64,000 nt of DNA, taken from Candidatus Xenobia bacterium. Lineage in GTDB: Bacteria > Vulcanimicrobiota > Xenobia > Xenobiales > QWHO01. The stretch covers positions 28,158-92,157 of the forward strand of contig BTUM01000022.1 of assembly GCA_045863235.1 (NCBI GenBank). Reading direction: 5' to 3'. The position numbers and the translations under genes are program-made. Below, piece after piece: positions 26,368 through 35,361 of this stretch. How positions within the stretch are numbered: position 1 is the stretch's first letter; every line of letters starts with the position of its first letter. Below the pieces are notes generated by a model. That model searched no databases and had not been told where the DNA came from. It was given only the letters and a program-made list of their open reading frames with translations.

Positions 26368-27026
26368 ATCCGCTGGTCTGTCAGCCCATCGGCTTTCTGC
26401 GCAGTTGCTACTCGAGCAAGTACCAGGCGCCCAGCCAGCCCGACGGGGGCGAGCAGGGCGTGGTGGAGCTGCGCCAGGACGACCCCCGTCTGCTGCTCGC
26501 GCTGCAAGACCTGGACGGCTTCAGCCGCATCTGGCTGATCTGGTGGTTTCACAAGAACCAGAGCTGGCGCGCCCGGGTGCTGCCCCCGCGGGGGCGAGGC
26601 GGCCGCAAGGGGCTGTTCGCCACCCGCTCGCCCCACCGTCCCTGCCCACTGGGACTGAGTGCCGTCCCCCTGCTCGGCATCGAGGGTCACCGCCTCTACC
26701 TGGGCGAGCACGACCTGCTCGAAGGCACTCCCATTCTCGACATCAAGCCCTACATCCCGCGCTTTGACGCCTTTCCGGACGAGTCGAGCGGCTGGTTCGG
26801 AAGCTTGGACCTGACTCCCCGCTACCAGGTGCTCGCCTGCCCGGAGCTCGATCCAGAACTCTTCGAGCGGGCTCGGGCCATCCTGGAGGTGGACCCGATG
26901 CCTCACCGCACCCGGCGCATCCTGGCCCTGAAGGATGGTCGCTACCGCCTTAGCTGCGGGGATCACCGGCTCTACTACCGGATCGAGGGGGAAACCGTGC
27001 GCATCCAGGAGGCCCGCCTCCGCTAA
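26364..27026 (+). CDS. trmO: tRNA (t6A37-N6)-methyltransferase TrmO/TsaA family
   Basis: CQPIGFLRSCY..., FSRIWLIWWFH, LFATRSPHRPCPLGLS, GTPILDIKPYIP are all family hallmarks. There is no ATG/GTG between the upstream stop (26365-26367) and the conserved PIG motif, only CTG codons at 26364 and 26373, so the 5' end is uncertain. Confidence 0.75.
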   Translation: MNPLVCQPIGFLRSCYSSKYQAPSQPDGGEQGVVELRQDDPRLLLALQDLDGFSRIWLIWWFHKNQSWRARVLPPRGRGGRKGLFATRSPHRPCPLGLSAVPLLGIEGHRLYLGEHDLLEGTPILDIKPYIPRFDAFPDESSGWFGSLDLTPRYQVLACPELDPELFERARAILEVDPMPHRTRRILALKDGRYRLSCGDHRLYYRIEGETVRIQEARLR

Positions 27027-27664
27027 GGCGAAGCCGCCACCGCCACCTCTTTGCCGGCCAGCGGCATGTAGCTGCGCGAGCTGGCGTCGAAGGCCAGCAC
27101 CGTTCCGTCCTTGATGCGGTAGACCCAGGCGTGCAGGCGCAGATCGCCCTTCTCCAGCCGCGAGGCCACCGCCGGGTGGGTGCGCAGATTGTCGAGCTGG
27201 CGCAGCACGTTGAGGCCGATGGTCTTGTCCAGCATCTCCTCTTTGGGCAGATCGCCATGGTTTTCGACGACCACGCGTCGCGTCGACTCGGCCTGGCTCA
27301 GCCAGCTGGCCACCGCCGGCAGGCTGGTCACGCTCTCGGGGGAGAGCAGGGCCTTCATGGCGCCGCAGTCGGAGTGCCCCAGCACCACGATGTCCTTCAC
27401 CTTGAGCACGGCCACGGCGTATTCCAGCGTGGCCGCCTCCCCACCGCCCTGACCGTAGGGGGGGATGATGTTGCCCGCGTTGCGCATCACGAAGAGCTCG
27501 CCAGGCCGGGCCTGCAAAAGCATGTCCGGGCTGATGCGCGAGTCCGAGCAGGTGATCAGCAGGGTGTCCGGGCTCTGGCCCGTGGCCAGGCGCGAGAACA
27601 GCTCGCGCTCGTTCTCGAAGACGCTGTTCTGGAAAGCAACCAGACCGTTGAGAAGCTTCTGCAT
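27023..27664 (-). CDS. Beta-class carbonic anhydrase
   Basis: Zinc ligand motifs CSDSR and HSDCGA, plus NAGN. Confidence 0.92.
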   Translation of the reverse strand: MQKLLNGLVAFQNSVFENERELFSRLATGQSPDTLLITCSDSRISPDMLLQARPGELFVMRNAGNIIPPYGQGGGEAATLEYAVAVLKVKDIVVLGHSDCGAMKALLSPESVTSLPAVASWLSQAESTRRVVVENHGDLPKEEMLDKTIGLNVLRQLDNLRTHPAVASRLEKGDLRLHAWVYRIKDGTVLAFDASSRSYMPLAGKEVAVAASP

Positions 27665-27850
27665 GGTGTCCTGCCTTTAACTGATTGTATTCTGGTTCAT
27701 CCTGACCGCCCCCGATGGCGGGAGCGTGACGAAGGGATGAAGGTTTCGTGAAGAACCTGCCAGGCCCGGCCGAAAAGGGAGGTCCCATTCGCTTTTCGAC
27801 CGGGCCGGGAGGTCTGAAGAGGTTTCCCGCGCCCTGACGGTGCTATGAAG

Positions 27851-29374
27851 TCAACTGGCCACCTGCAGGACGGGGCGCTTGAGGCGTGCCCGCGTTTCCA
27901 GCTCGGGCCATTCCACCACCAGGTTGCCGCCCAGCGAGCGCTGGCGGTCGTCCCACGAGCGCATCAGCTGGAGGCAGGCGTGGTCGAGGGTGGTGAGCTG
28001 GTCGAGGTAGACGTGCACGGTGGCCCCGTCGGGAATCTGGTCCAGCGCTTCAGCCAGGCGCGGCAGGGTCACGAAGGTGGCCGAGCCGGTCAAACGCAGC
28101 TCATACAGGTTGTGACTGAGCCGATTGAGCTCGGTCTCGAGGTAGCTCGAGCGGGCCAGCAGCTTGATGAGCGAGCAACCCATGCCGATCAGCACGCCGT
28201 GCAACAGGTCGGTGAACACGATGGAGATCAGGGTGATGAAGTAGATGGCCACCTCGCTCTTGCCGAAGCGGGCCAGGGCTTTGATGTTCTTGGGATTGAC
28301 CAGCTTGTAGCCGGTGTAGACCAGGATAGCTGCCAGGGCGGCGGTGGGGATCAGGCGCAGCACGCCGGGAAAGACCGCTACCAGGGCCAGCATCCACACG
28401 CCGTGCAGAATGGCCGACCAGCGGGTGCGAGCTCCGGCCAGCACGTTGGCCGAGCTGCGCACGATCACGCCGGTCATGGGCAGCCCGCCCACCAGTCCAC
28501 ACAGGGTGTTGCCCACTCCCTGAGCCATCAGCTCGCGGTCGTAGCGGGTTCGAGGGCCACTGTGCATCTGGTCCACCGCGGCCGCGCACAGCAGCGTCTC
28601 GGCGCTGGCGATGAAGGCCAGAGCCAGCGCTTCCAACCAGATCTCTTGACTGGTCAACAGGGTCCAGTGGGGGAAGACGAAGCTCTGGGTGAGGTTCGCA
28701 GGCACCTCCACGGTGCGCACGTCCAGTCCCAGGAGCGCGGCGGCCAGGGTGGCGACCACCACGGCGGCCAGGGGAGCGGGCACCGACCGGGAGAGGCCCT
28801 GGAATCGGTTCCAGACAACCAGAACCGCCAGCGTCAGCAGGCCGAGCATGGCGGCCAGGTGGTGGCTGGTCCCGTCCATGGGGAAGACCCCCTTGGAGAT
28901 GGCTTCGGGGATGGAGGCCAGGTTGGCGAGTCCCGAGCCGCGCGGCTTGTCGTCCACCATGACGTGGAACTGGCTGGCGAAGATCAGCACTCCGATTCCC
29001 CCCAGCATTCCCCCGATCACCGAGGGTGAGACCGCCTGGAACCAGCGGCCCAGCTTCAGCAAGCCAGCCACCAGCTGGATCAGGCCAGCCAGCAAGACGA
29101 TGAGAGCCAGGGCTCCGGTCCCGTGGCGATGGACCAGCTCCCACACGATGACGGCGAGGCCAGCAGCCGGTCCGCTGACCTGCAGGGGGGAGCCGGCCAG
29201 GAATCCGACCACCAGTCCTCCGATGATGCCGGTAATCAGGCCGGCGGCCGGCGGGAGGCCGCTGGCGATGGCGATACCCAGACAGAGAGGCAGCGCCACC
29301 AGGAAGACGACCAGCGAGGCCAGATAGTCCTTGGGGTGCGGCCCTCGGGGGGCAGAAGAGCTCGAAAGTTGCAT
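27851..29374 (-). CDS. SulP-family anion (bicarbonate/sulfate) transporter with C-terminal STAS domain
   Basis: KDYLASLVVFLVALPLCLGIAIASG..., multiple TM segments, and a STAS-like tail (LRLTGSATFVTLPRLAEAL...). The start is set at ATG 29374 because the first track ATG (29410) sits in the AT-rich promoter. Confidence 0.88.
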   Translation of the reverse strand: MQLSSSSAPRGPHPKDYLASLVVFLVALPLCLGIAIASGLPPAAGLITGIIGGLVVGFLAGSPLQVSGPAAGLAVIVWELVHRHGTGALALIVLLAGLIQLVAGLLKLGRWFQAVSPSVIGGMLGGIGVLIFASQFHVMVDDKPRGSGLANLASIPEAISKGVFPMDGTSHHLAAMLGLLTLAVLVVWNRFQGLSRSVPAPLAAVVVATLAAALLGLDVRTVEVPANLTQSFVFPHWTLLTSQEIWLEALALAFIASAETLLCAAAVDQMHSGPRTRYDRELMAQGVGNTLCGLVGGLPMTGVIVRSSANVLAGARTRWSAILHGVWMLALVAVFPGVLRLIPTAALAAILVYTGYKLVNPKNIKALARFGKSEVAIYFITLISIVFTDLLHGVLIGMGCSLIKLLARSSYLETELNRLSHNLYELRLTGSATFVTLPRLAEALDQIPDGATVHVYLDQLTTLDHACLQLMRSWDDRQRSLGGNLVVEWPELETRARLKRPVLQVAS

Positions 29375-29660
29375 TGGTTCCGTCCTATATATCTTAATCT
29401 GTGCATACATCCTTACATATCGTCATGAAAATGTTCTTCCGGGGAGATGAGAATCCGATGAAGAGCAAGGGAGAGGTTTGCCGGGGCGGCCGGAGCGTTG
29501 ACGGGACGGCGCCGCTCCAGGTTCTGGCGGCCGGGTCGAGGGCCCGCAAGGCCTGCACCCGGCACGCCGGCGCCCCCCTGAAGCGCGCCGCGCCTTGACT
29601 CGAGCTCGGCCGGGCCGGCTCGACAAGGAACCTCCCGGGGGGAGTCAGAACACCTGAGCC
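29375..29660. promoter_or_regulatory. Divergent promoter region, locally AT-rich
   Basis: tcctatatatcttaatctgtgcatacatccttacatatcgtcatgaaaatgttcttcc stands out against the GC-rich background. TACAT-like half sites recur about 10 bp apart. Confidence 0.4.
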
Positions 29661-30362
29661 GTGCCTGAACGTGACCGTGACCTGATCCTGCTGATCGAAG
29701 ACGACCCCGCTGTGCTCTCCTCGGTGCGGCGCCGCCTGGCCTTCGAGGGCTACGGAGTGGAAACGGCCAGCGACGGTCTGGCGGGTTGCGAGCAGTTCGA
29801 GGCTTTGCAACCCGATCTGGTCATTCTCGACGTCGGGTTGCCGGGGATGGACGGCCTGCAAGTGGCCGAGTGGATCCGCGAGCGCTCCCAGGTCCCGATG
29901 CTGATGCTGACGGCCCGCGATCGGGTAGAGGACCGGGTGGCCGGGCTGCAGAGCGGGGCCGACGACTACCTGATCAAGCCCTTCGCCATCGAGGAGCTGC
30001 TGGCCCGGATGCGGGCCCTGTTGCGGCGGGCCTCCTGGGCTCCCTCGCAAGACCCCGAGGCGGTGCTCCGTTTCGAGGATCTGGTGCTCAACCAGGGGGC
30101 CATGACGGTGACTCGCAACGGCCAGCCCATCGCGCTCACGCCCCGAGAGTATCAGCTGCTCGAGCACTTCATGCGCCACCCGCGCCAGGTGCTCAGCCGC
30201 GAGGCTCTTTTCGAAGCGGTGTGGGGATTCGACCACATGGGCGAATCCAACATCGTGGATGTCAATGTCAAGAAGATCCGAGAGAAGACCGAGGCCGGGG
30301 GGGCCAGCCGTCTGATCCAGACAGTGCGAGGCTTCGGTTACGCCCTGCGCGAGCACCCGTGA
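29661..30362 (+). CDS. OmpR-family response regulator
   Basis: The receiver domain has LLIEDD, DLVILDVGLPGMDG and KPF. The winged-helix domain has LTPREYQLLEHF...VDVNVKKIREK...IQTVRGFGY. GTG start. Confidence 0.9.
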   Translation: MPERDRDLILLIEDDPAVLSSVRRRLAFEGYGVETASDGLAGCEQFEALQPDLVILDVGLPGMDGLQVAEWIRERSQVPMLMLTARDRVEDRVAGLQSGADDYLIKPFAIEELLARMRALLRRASWAPSQDPEAVLRFEDLVLNQGAMTVTRNGQPIALTPREYQLLEHFMRHPRQVLSREALFEAVWGFDHMGESNIVDVNVKKIREKTEAGGASRLIQTVRGFGYALREHP

Positions 30363-31702
30363 CCCTGAGGCAGCGCCTCACCCTGGTGCTGGGACTGGTC
30401 TTGACGCTGGCCTTCGCGCTGGTCACCCTGGCCCACTACCGGGCTTTGCGCCAGGCTGTCGAGGCCGAGGTGGACGAGACGCTCGACCTGCGCGCTCAAG
30501 CGCTGGCCCGTGAAATTGGCTCTTTTGAGACGCCCCCGGGAAGTTACGACCCGGAGGTGTTCTTCCAGCTTGTGGACGCTCAGGGTCGGGTGCGGCTGGC
30601 CTCCTCCGGGCTCGAGCTCGAGCCCTTGCCTGCCGAGCCGGTCGGCACACCCTTCACCAGCCAGTTTCGAGGCACCCCGGTGCGGATGCTGGTGCGTCCC
30701 ATCACCGTGCACGAAGGGCCAGGCTTCCTGAAGGTCGGCGAGTCGCTGCACCTGGCTCACGAAGGCTTGAAACGCTCGGTCACCGGGCTGCTCCTGGCCA
30801 GTCTGGTCGGGCTGATGCTGGCCCTGGCCTCCACCTGGGCGGTGCTGCGGCAGGGTCTGCGTCCTTTGAAGCGACTGGCCCAGGTGGCCCGGGAGATCCT
30901 GGACACGGGCGACTTCTCGCGCCGCGTGCCGGAGTCGAGCCCCCAGCAAGACGCGGTCGGTTCGGTGGCCCGCCTGCTCAATCGCCTTCTGGCCCGAGTT
31001 CAGGGCCTGCTCGAGAGCCAGCAGCGCCTGCTGGCCGACACCTCGCACGAGCTGCGAAATCCCCTCACGGTGATCCGCACCGACATCGACCTTCTGGCCC
31101 GAGAGCTCCCGAGCGACGTGCGCCAGGAGGTGGCCGAGGAGATGGCCCGGGAGGTGGAGCGCATGACCCGCCTGGTGGAGGACCTGCTGGCTCTCAGCTG
31201 GGCCGACCAGAAGCTGCCCATGCGATCCGAGCCCGTACGGCTGGACGTGCTGGCTCAGGAGCTGGTGGAGCGCAGCCGGCGAAGCCATCCCGAGCGCAAG
31301 CTGGAGTTTCACAGCACGAGCGCGGTCTGTCTTCAGGGCGACCGTGAGCGCTTGCTGCAAGCTGCCTCCAACCTGGTCGAGAACGCCCTGCGCTATTCCC
31401 GGGGCGCAGTGCGCGTGCGCGTCTACGAGAAGCCTGGCTGGGCAGTCCTGGAGGTGGAGGACGAGGGTCCCGGCATTCCGCCCGAGCAGCAGGAGGCCAT
31501 CTTCGAGCGCTTCGTGCGGCTCGACTCGAGTCGCAGTCGGGCCACGGGCGGCACAGGGCTGGGCCTACCCATCGTGAAGGCACTGGTGGAGGCGCATGGG
31601 GGCAAAGTGCAACTCCACAGCAGCCCGGGCAAGGGCTCGCGCTTCAGCTTCCGGGTGCCGCTGGACGGAGTCTCCCCTCCGCGGAAGGAAAGTCATGCAT
31701 AA
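30359..31702 (+). CDS. Sensor histidine kinase (TM-HAMP-HisKA-HATPase)
   Basis: GTG 30359 overlaps the RR stop (GTGA). H-box LADTSHELRNPLT, N-box NLVENALRYS, G-boxes EDEGPGIP and GGTGLGLPIV. Confidence 0.88.
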   Translation: MTLRQRLTLVLGLVLTLAFALVTLAHYRALRQAVEAEVDETLDLRAQALAREIGSFETPPGSYDPEVFFQLVDAQGRVRLASSGLELEPLPAEPVGTPFTSQFRGTPVRMLVRPITVHEGPGFLKVGESLHLAHEGLKRSVTGLLLASLVGLMLALASTWAVLRQGLRPLKRLAQVAREILDTGDFSRRVPESSPQQDAVGSVARLLNRLLARVQGLLESQQRLLADTSHELRNPLTVIRTDIDLLARELPSDVRQEVAEEMAREVERMTRLVEDLLALSWADQKLPMRSEPVRLDVLAQELVERSRRSHPERKLEFHSTSAVCLQGDRERLLQAASNLVENALRYSRGAVRVRVYEKPGWAVLEVEDEGPGIPPEQQEAIFERFVRLDSSRSRATGGTGLGLPIVKALVEAHGGKVQLHSSPGKGSRFSFRVPLDGVSPPRKESHA

Positions 31703-31720
31703 GTGCGAAATTAACTACTT

Positions 31721-32086
31721 ATGCCAGCCAGGAGGGTCGCGGCTCGCGAGCTTGCCAACCTGTTCGGGGTGCTCTCCAACCCCGACCGAATCCGTATCGT
31801 GGAAGAGCTGCGCCACGGCGAGAAGGATGTGGGCACCCTGCAGGCGCTGGTCGGCATCAGCCGCCCCCGCGTCTCCCAGCACCTGAGCCTGATGCGTGCC
31901 CACCGCCTGGTGGAGGAGCGACGCGACGGGCGCCACGTCTACTACCATCTGTGCGTCGGGCGACTGGCCACGTGGGTGCTGGACGGGCTCGGTTTCGTGG
32001 AGAGCGAGCTGAAGGGCGGGCTGCGCGAGACTCTGGTCGAGGCGGCCCGTCAGTGGCGCGAGGAGGGTTCCGAGCGCCTCACTTGA
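31721..32086 (+). CDS. ArsR/SmtB-family transcriptional regulator
   Basis: LFGVLSNPDRIRIVEELRHGEKDVGTLQALVGISRPRVSQHLSLMRAHRLVEERRDGRHVYY is the canonical wHTH. Confidence 0.85.
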   Translation: MPARRVAARELANLFGVLSNPDRIRIVEELRHGEKDVGTLQALVGISRPRVSQHLSLMRAHRLVEERRDGRHVYYHLCVGRLATWVLDGLGFVESELKGGLRETLVEAARQWREEGSERLT

Positions 32087-33068
32087 GGACCACGATCTCG
32101 ACCCGCCGGTTCAGCTGCCGTCCGGCCGGATCATCGCGTCCGTCCGCTCGCTGATTCTGAGCCACCGGATGGGTTTCTCCCAGGCCCACCACCTGGGCCT
32201 GCTCGGAGTCCCATCCCCCTTCGCTCTCCAGCCACTCGCGCACCGCCTCGGCGCGGCGCTTGGACAGCTTCAGGTTGTAGGAGTCGCTGCCCTTGTCATC
32301 GGTGTGGCCTTCGATGCGGATTCTCTTGCCCGGATAGCGCTCGCTCAGTGACTCGGCGATCTGCGCCAGAGCCTGCTCGGCGCTGGGACGGATCTCTGCG
32401 CTGTCGAAGTCGAACAACACGTCCCCCGACACCGCGTAGACCACCTTCTTGGGGCCCTCTTTCACCACCACGCCGGGGACATCGATCTCGGGCAACTCGA
32501 TGGCGATCAGATCGGTATCCACCAGCACGGCCGCTCCCTGGACGTCCACATCGACTCCCGGAACGTCGACGTCCACCCCGAGGTTTCCCTGCCCCAGGTC
32601 GACCCGGGCCCCGGGGACGTTCACCCCGATCCCGCCCTCGCCCAGGTTGACGCTGGTGCCGCCGGCATTGATGGACACGCCGCCCGGACCCGTTCGTACC
32701 CGGGCCGAGCCGCCCTGCACCTGCACCCCGTCCTGGTTGACCTGCACCCGGGCGCTATCGGCCCCGTCCCGGGCCCGGACCGAAACTCCGTCGGAGCCGG
32801 TGCGGACGTCGACCCGGTCGCCATCGGCGCCATCCTGGGCCCGGACGGAGACCCCGTCGGAGCCGGTTCGGACGTCGACCCGGTCGCCATCGGCGCCATC
32901 CCGAGCCTGGACGGAGACCCCGTCGGAGCCGGTTCGGACGTCGACCCGGTCGCCATCGGCGCCATCCTGAGCCTGGACGGAGACCCCGTCAGAGCCGGTG
33001 GAGGCGGGCTGGGAGGCGCATCCTGTCGTCAGCAAGATGAGAGCCAGGAGGGCAGAGAGTGTCTTCAT
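32079..33068 (-). CDS. OmpA-family lipoprotein with N-terminal 22-aa tandem repeats
   Basis: Lipobox MKTLSALLALILLTTGCAS. C-terminal OmpA domain FDFDSAEIRPSA...IEGHTDDKGSDSYNLKLSKRRAEAV. Confidence 0.88.
   Translation of the reverse strand: MKTLSALLALILLTTGCASQPASTGSDGVSVQAQDGADGDRVDVRTGSDGVSVQARDGADGDRVDVRTGSDGVSVRAQDGADGDRVDVRTGSDGVSVRARDGADSARVQVNQDGVQVQGGSARVRTGPGGVSINAGGTSVNLGEGGIGVNVPGARVDLGQGNLGVDVDVPGVDVDVQGAAVLVDTDLIAIELPEIDVPGVVVKEGPKKVVYAVSGDVLFDFDSAEIRPSAEQALAQIAESLSERYPGKRIRIEGHTDDKGSDSYNLKLSKRRAEAVREWLESEGGWDSEQAQVVGLGETHPVAQNQRADGRDDPAGRQLNRRVEIVVLK
32733..32996 (-). repeat. 66-bp x 4 in-frame tandem repeat (GSDGVSVQARDGADGDRVDVRT)
   Basis: gtcgacccggtcgccatcggcgccatc... recurs at 32808, 32874 and 32940. 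Four near-identical 22-aa units are seen in translation. Confidence 0.9.
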
Positions 33069-33124
33069 CCCGGAGAGTTACTCGCAGAACGGGCCCTGTC
33101 CTCTTGGGAAAGCTCCCCGCCCCT

Positions 33125-34279
33125 TCACCGGGCGGGAGGGCCGCAAAGCCCCGCCAGGCACTCCTCGAAGTCGCGCTGGAAGCGCTCCACCCCCAGCTCG
33201 CGCCCGGCCAGCTGAGCCTGTAGCTCTCGCTGCAGCTCCTGGCTGCGCAGCACCCGATCGATCTTCTCCACCGCCTCCCCCTCGTGGGCGTAGAGCAGGC
33301 GCTCATCGCGCAGAATCTCCACCTGGCCCCCGTCAGCCGGAGCAAAGGTGAGGCAGCCGGCCGAGACCAGCTCGGCCACCGCCATCCCGTAGTGCTCCTC
33401 GGTCATGCCGTGCAGGCCGTAGCGATGCTCGGTGGCCAGGGCCACCAGCTCATCGCGGCTCAAGTCCTCAGCCAGCCGCACCCAGGGACCCTCCTGGCCG
33501 ATTCTCTCCAGGATGCGCTCGCGGTAGGGGGCGTTGTCACGCGAGCCGGCCAGGGTCAGCTCCACCTCGTGGCCGCGCGCGCGCAGCCCGGCCACGATGG
33601 TGATCAGCTTCTCCCACTCTTTGGTGGGGCACTGGCGACCGATGCTGAGAAAGGCGTTGCGGCGAGGTTGCCAGGGCACCTGCGGGAACTGGCCCAGGGC
33701 CGGGGGGTGCAGCACCCGGTAAGGATGAGGACCGTAGGTGCGCTGGAATAGCCTTCCGGTCCACTGCGAATTGACCAGGGTCAGGTTGCTCAGCATGCCC
33801 TCGCGACGATAGCCCGACATGCGCGTGCAAAGGAAATAATACACGCGCAGCACGGCCCTCAGGGTTCGGCGGCTGTACCAGTCGGGATGACAGTCGGGGC
33901 GCGGGTGCGAGTTCCAGGGATAGTGCACGTACTGCACCGCCCGACTGCCCAGATCCAGCTCGTTGTTGGCCGAGCAGACCAGGTCGTAGCCTGGTCCCAG
34001 GCGCCGGGCCAGAGCCATCAGGTAGTGCAACTTGAACAGCTCGTGGGGTACGCCCAGCCGCTCCATCCAGTAGGAGACCAGCGGCCGCCGGCACAGGCTC
34101 TTCAGCCCCGCCCCGGCCAGGCTGGTGCCGTAATAGGCGTCCACCGCCCCCAGCTCGAGCGGCACCCAGCTCAGCACCGTGACTTCGGCCCGCTTGACCA
34201 GGCTCTGGATCATCCAGACCGCTACCCCGTTGCCACCCCCCGGTGGTTGCAGGGAGGGCTGCACGAACAGAACCCTCAC
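33125..34279 (-). CDS. GT-B glycosyltransferase (GT4; N-terminus reminiscent of ALG11-type mannosyltransferases)
   Basis: MRVLFVQPSLQPPGGGNGVAVW..., C-terminal E-x7-E region TEEHYGMAVAELVSAG. The ALG11 resemblance is from memory of the FHPYCNAGGGGERVLW motif and is weak. Confidence 0.75.
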   Translation of the reverse strand: MRVLFVQPSLQPPGGGNGVAVWMIQSLVKRAEVTVLSWVPLELGAVDAYYGTSLAGAGLKSLCRRPLVSYWMERLGVPHELFKLHYLMALARRLGPGYDLVCSANNELDLGSRAVQYVHYPWNSHPRPDCHPDWYSRRTLRAVLRVYYFLCTRMSGYRREGMLSNLTLVNSQWTGRLFQRTYGPHPYRVLHPPALGQFPQVPWQPRRNAFLSIGRQCPTKEWEKLITIVAGLRARGHEVELTLAGSRDNAPYRERILERIGQEGPWVRLAEDLSRDELVALATEHRYGLHGMTEEHYGMAVAELVSAGCLTFAPADGGQVEILRDERLLYAHEGEAVEKIDRVLRSQELQRELQAQLAGRELGVERFQRDFEECLAGLCGPPAR

Positions 34280-34401
34280 AGTTCCCCGACCAGCTTCCCT
34301 CTTGACACGGGCGCCGAGCAGAGCCTCACCAGCAGCACGCTTTTGCGCATGGCGAGGAGTTCTGATTCGCGCTGCAGGTTCCTACGCCAGGAGCGCTTGC
34401 A

Positions 34402-35361
34402 TCACTCTGCTGGAGAATCCAGCCTCGAGCTGGCCGCCCGCACCAGGATGCCCGCCCCGTAGCAGAGCGGGATCAGCGCCGAGGTGATGGGCGCTACCAG
34501 CAGCGCGCGAAGATCCCGCAGCCGCCAGGCGGCCATCACTCCGTCCGCCAGGAGTGCCGGCGCCCCCAGCAGCAAGAACCGGGGCGCGCTCACGGCCATC
34601 AGGCCGAGCCCCGCGCACAGCGCGGCCGGGGCCAGGTGGGGCCACTCGAACGAATCCGGCCAGCAACGCCAGATGTCCACCCGTCGCACCCCGTAGGCAA
34701 AGATCTTGCGCGCGTGGGTCAGTACCGAGGTGGCCCGGTGGTGCCACACCGGCGCTTCGGGAAGATACAGCATGCGGGCCCCCGCCCGGGCCACCCGAAA
34801 CAGCCACTCCTTGTCCTCGCCGGCGTCGTGGAAGCGCTCGTCGAACCCGCCCACCCGCTGGTAGAAGGTCCGCGCCAGGGCCATGTTGCCCGTGCCCGGC
34901 AGGTAGCGCACCAGTCGAGTCGAGCCCCAGCGCAGGCCTCCGGTGGCCAGGGGCGAGTCCACCGACCAGCCCACGCAACGGCTGACCAGCGGGTCGTCGG
35001 CCGGCACCAGGTCGGGCCCGCCCACGCAGTCGGCTTGCCCGGCCTCCAGCGGGGCAAGCAAGCGCTCCAGCCAGTCCGGCTCGGCCCAGGAGTCGGCATC
35101 GATGAAGGCCAGCCATTCCCCCCGGGAATGGGCCAGGGCCGTGTTGCGGGCGGCTGCCGCCCCGCCCCGGCGCGGCCGCGAAAGCACCGCGAAGCGCGGG
35201 TCCCCCGCCACCGCGTGGCGGGCCGCCTCCAGCGTGCCGTCGGGCGAGCCGTCGTCCACCACGATCACCTCGAAGTCGCTTCGGCTCTGGGCCGCCAGCG
35301 ACCTGAGGCAGCGGCCGACCAGTTGCTGGCTGCGGTAAGCGGGTACGATGATCGAGATCAC
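34402..35361 (-). CDS. GT2 glycosyltransferase with C-terminal TM helices
   Basis: ISIIVPAYRSQQLVGRCLRSLAAQS..FEVIVVDDGSPDGT, DADS (DxD), GEDKEW. Confidence 0.88.
   Translation of the reverse strand: MISIIVPAYRSQQLVGRCLRSLAAQSRSDFEVIVVDDGSPDGTLEAARHAVAGDPRFAVLSRPRRGGAAAARNTALAHSRGEWLAFIDADSWAEPDWLERLLAPLEAGQADCVGGPDLVPADDPLVSRCVGWSVDSPLATGGLRWGSTRLVRYLPGTGNMALARTFYQRVGGFDERFHDAGEDKEWLFRVARAGARMLYLPEAPVWHHRATSVLTHARKIFAYGVRRVDIWRCWPDSFEWPHLAPAALCAGLGLMAVSAPRFLLLGAPALLADGVMAAWRLRDLRALLVAPITSALIPLCYGAGILVRAASSRLDSPAE

Noticed and set aside
29786-30358. N-terminal extension of the histidine-kinase ORF 29786..31702
   Set aside because: It overlaps the response regulator in another frame. The kinase TM segment begins right after GTG 30359, which overlaps the RR stop.
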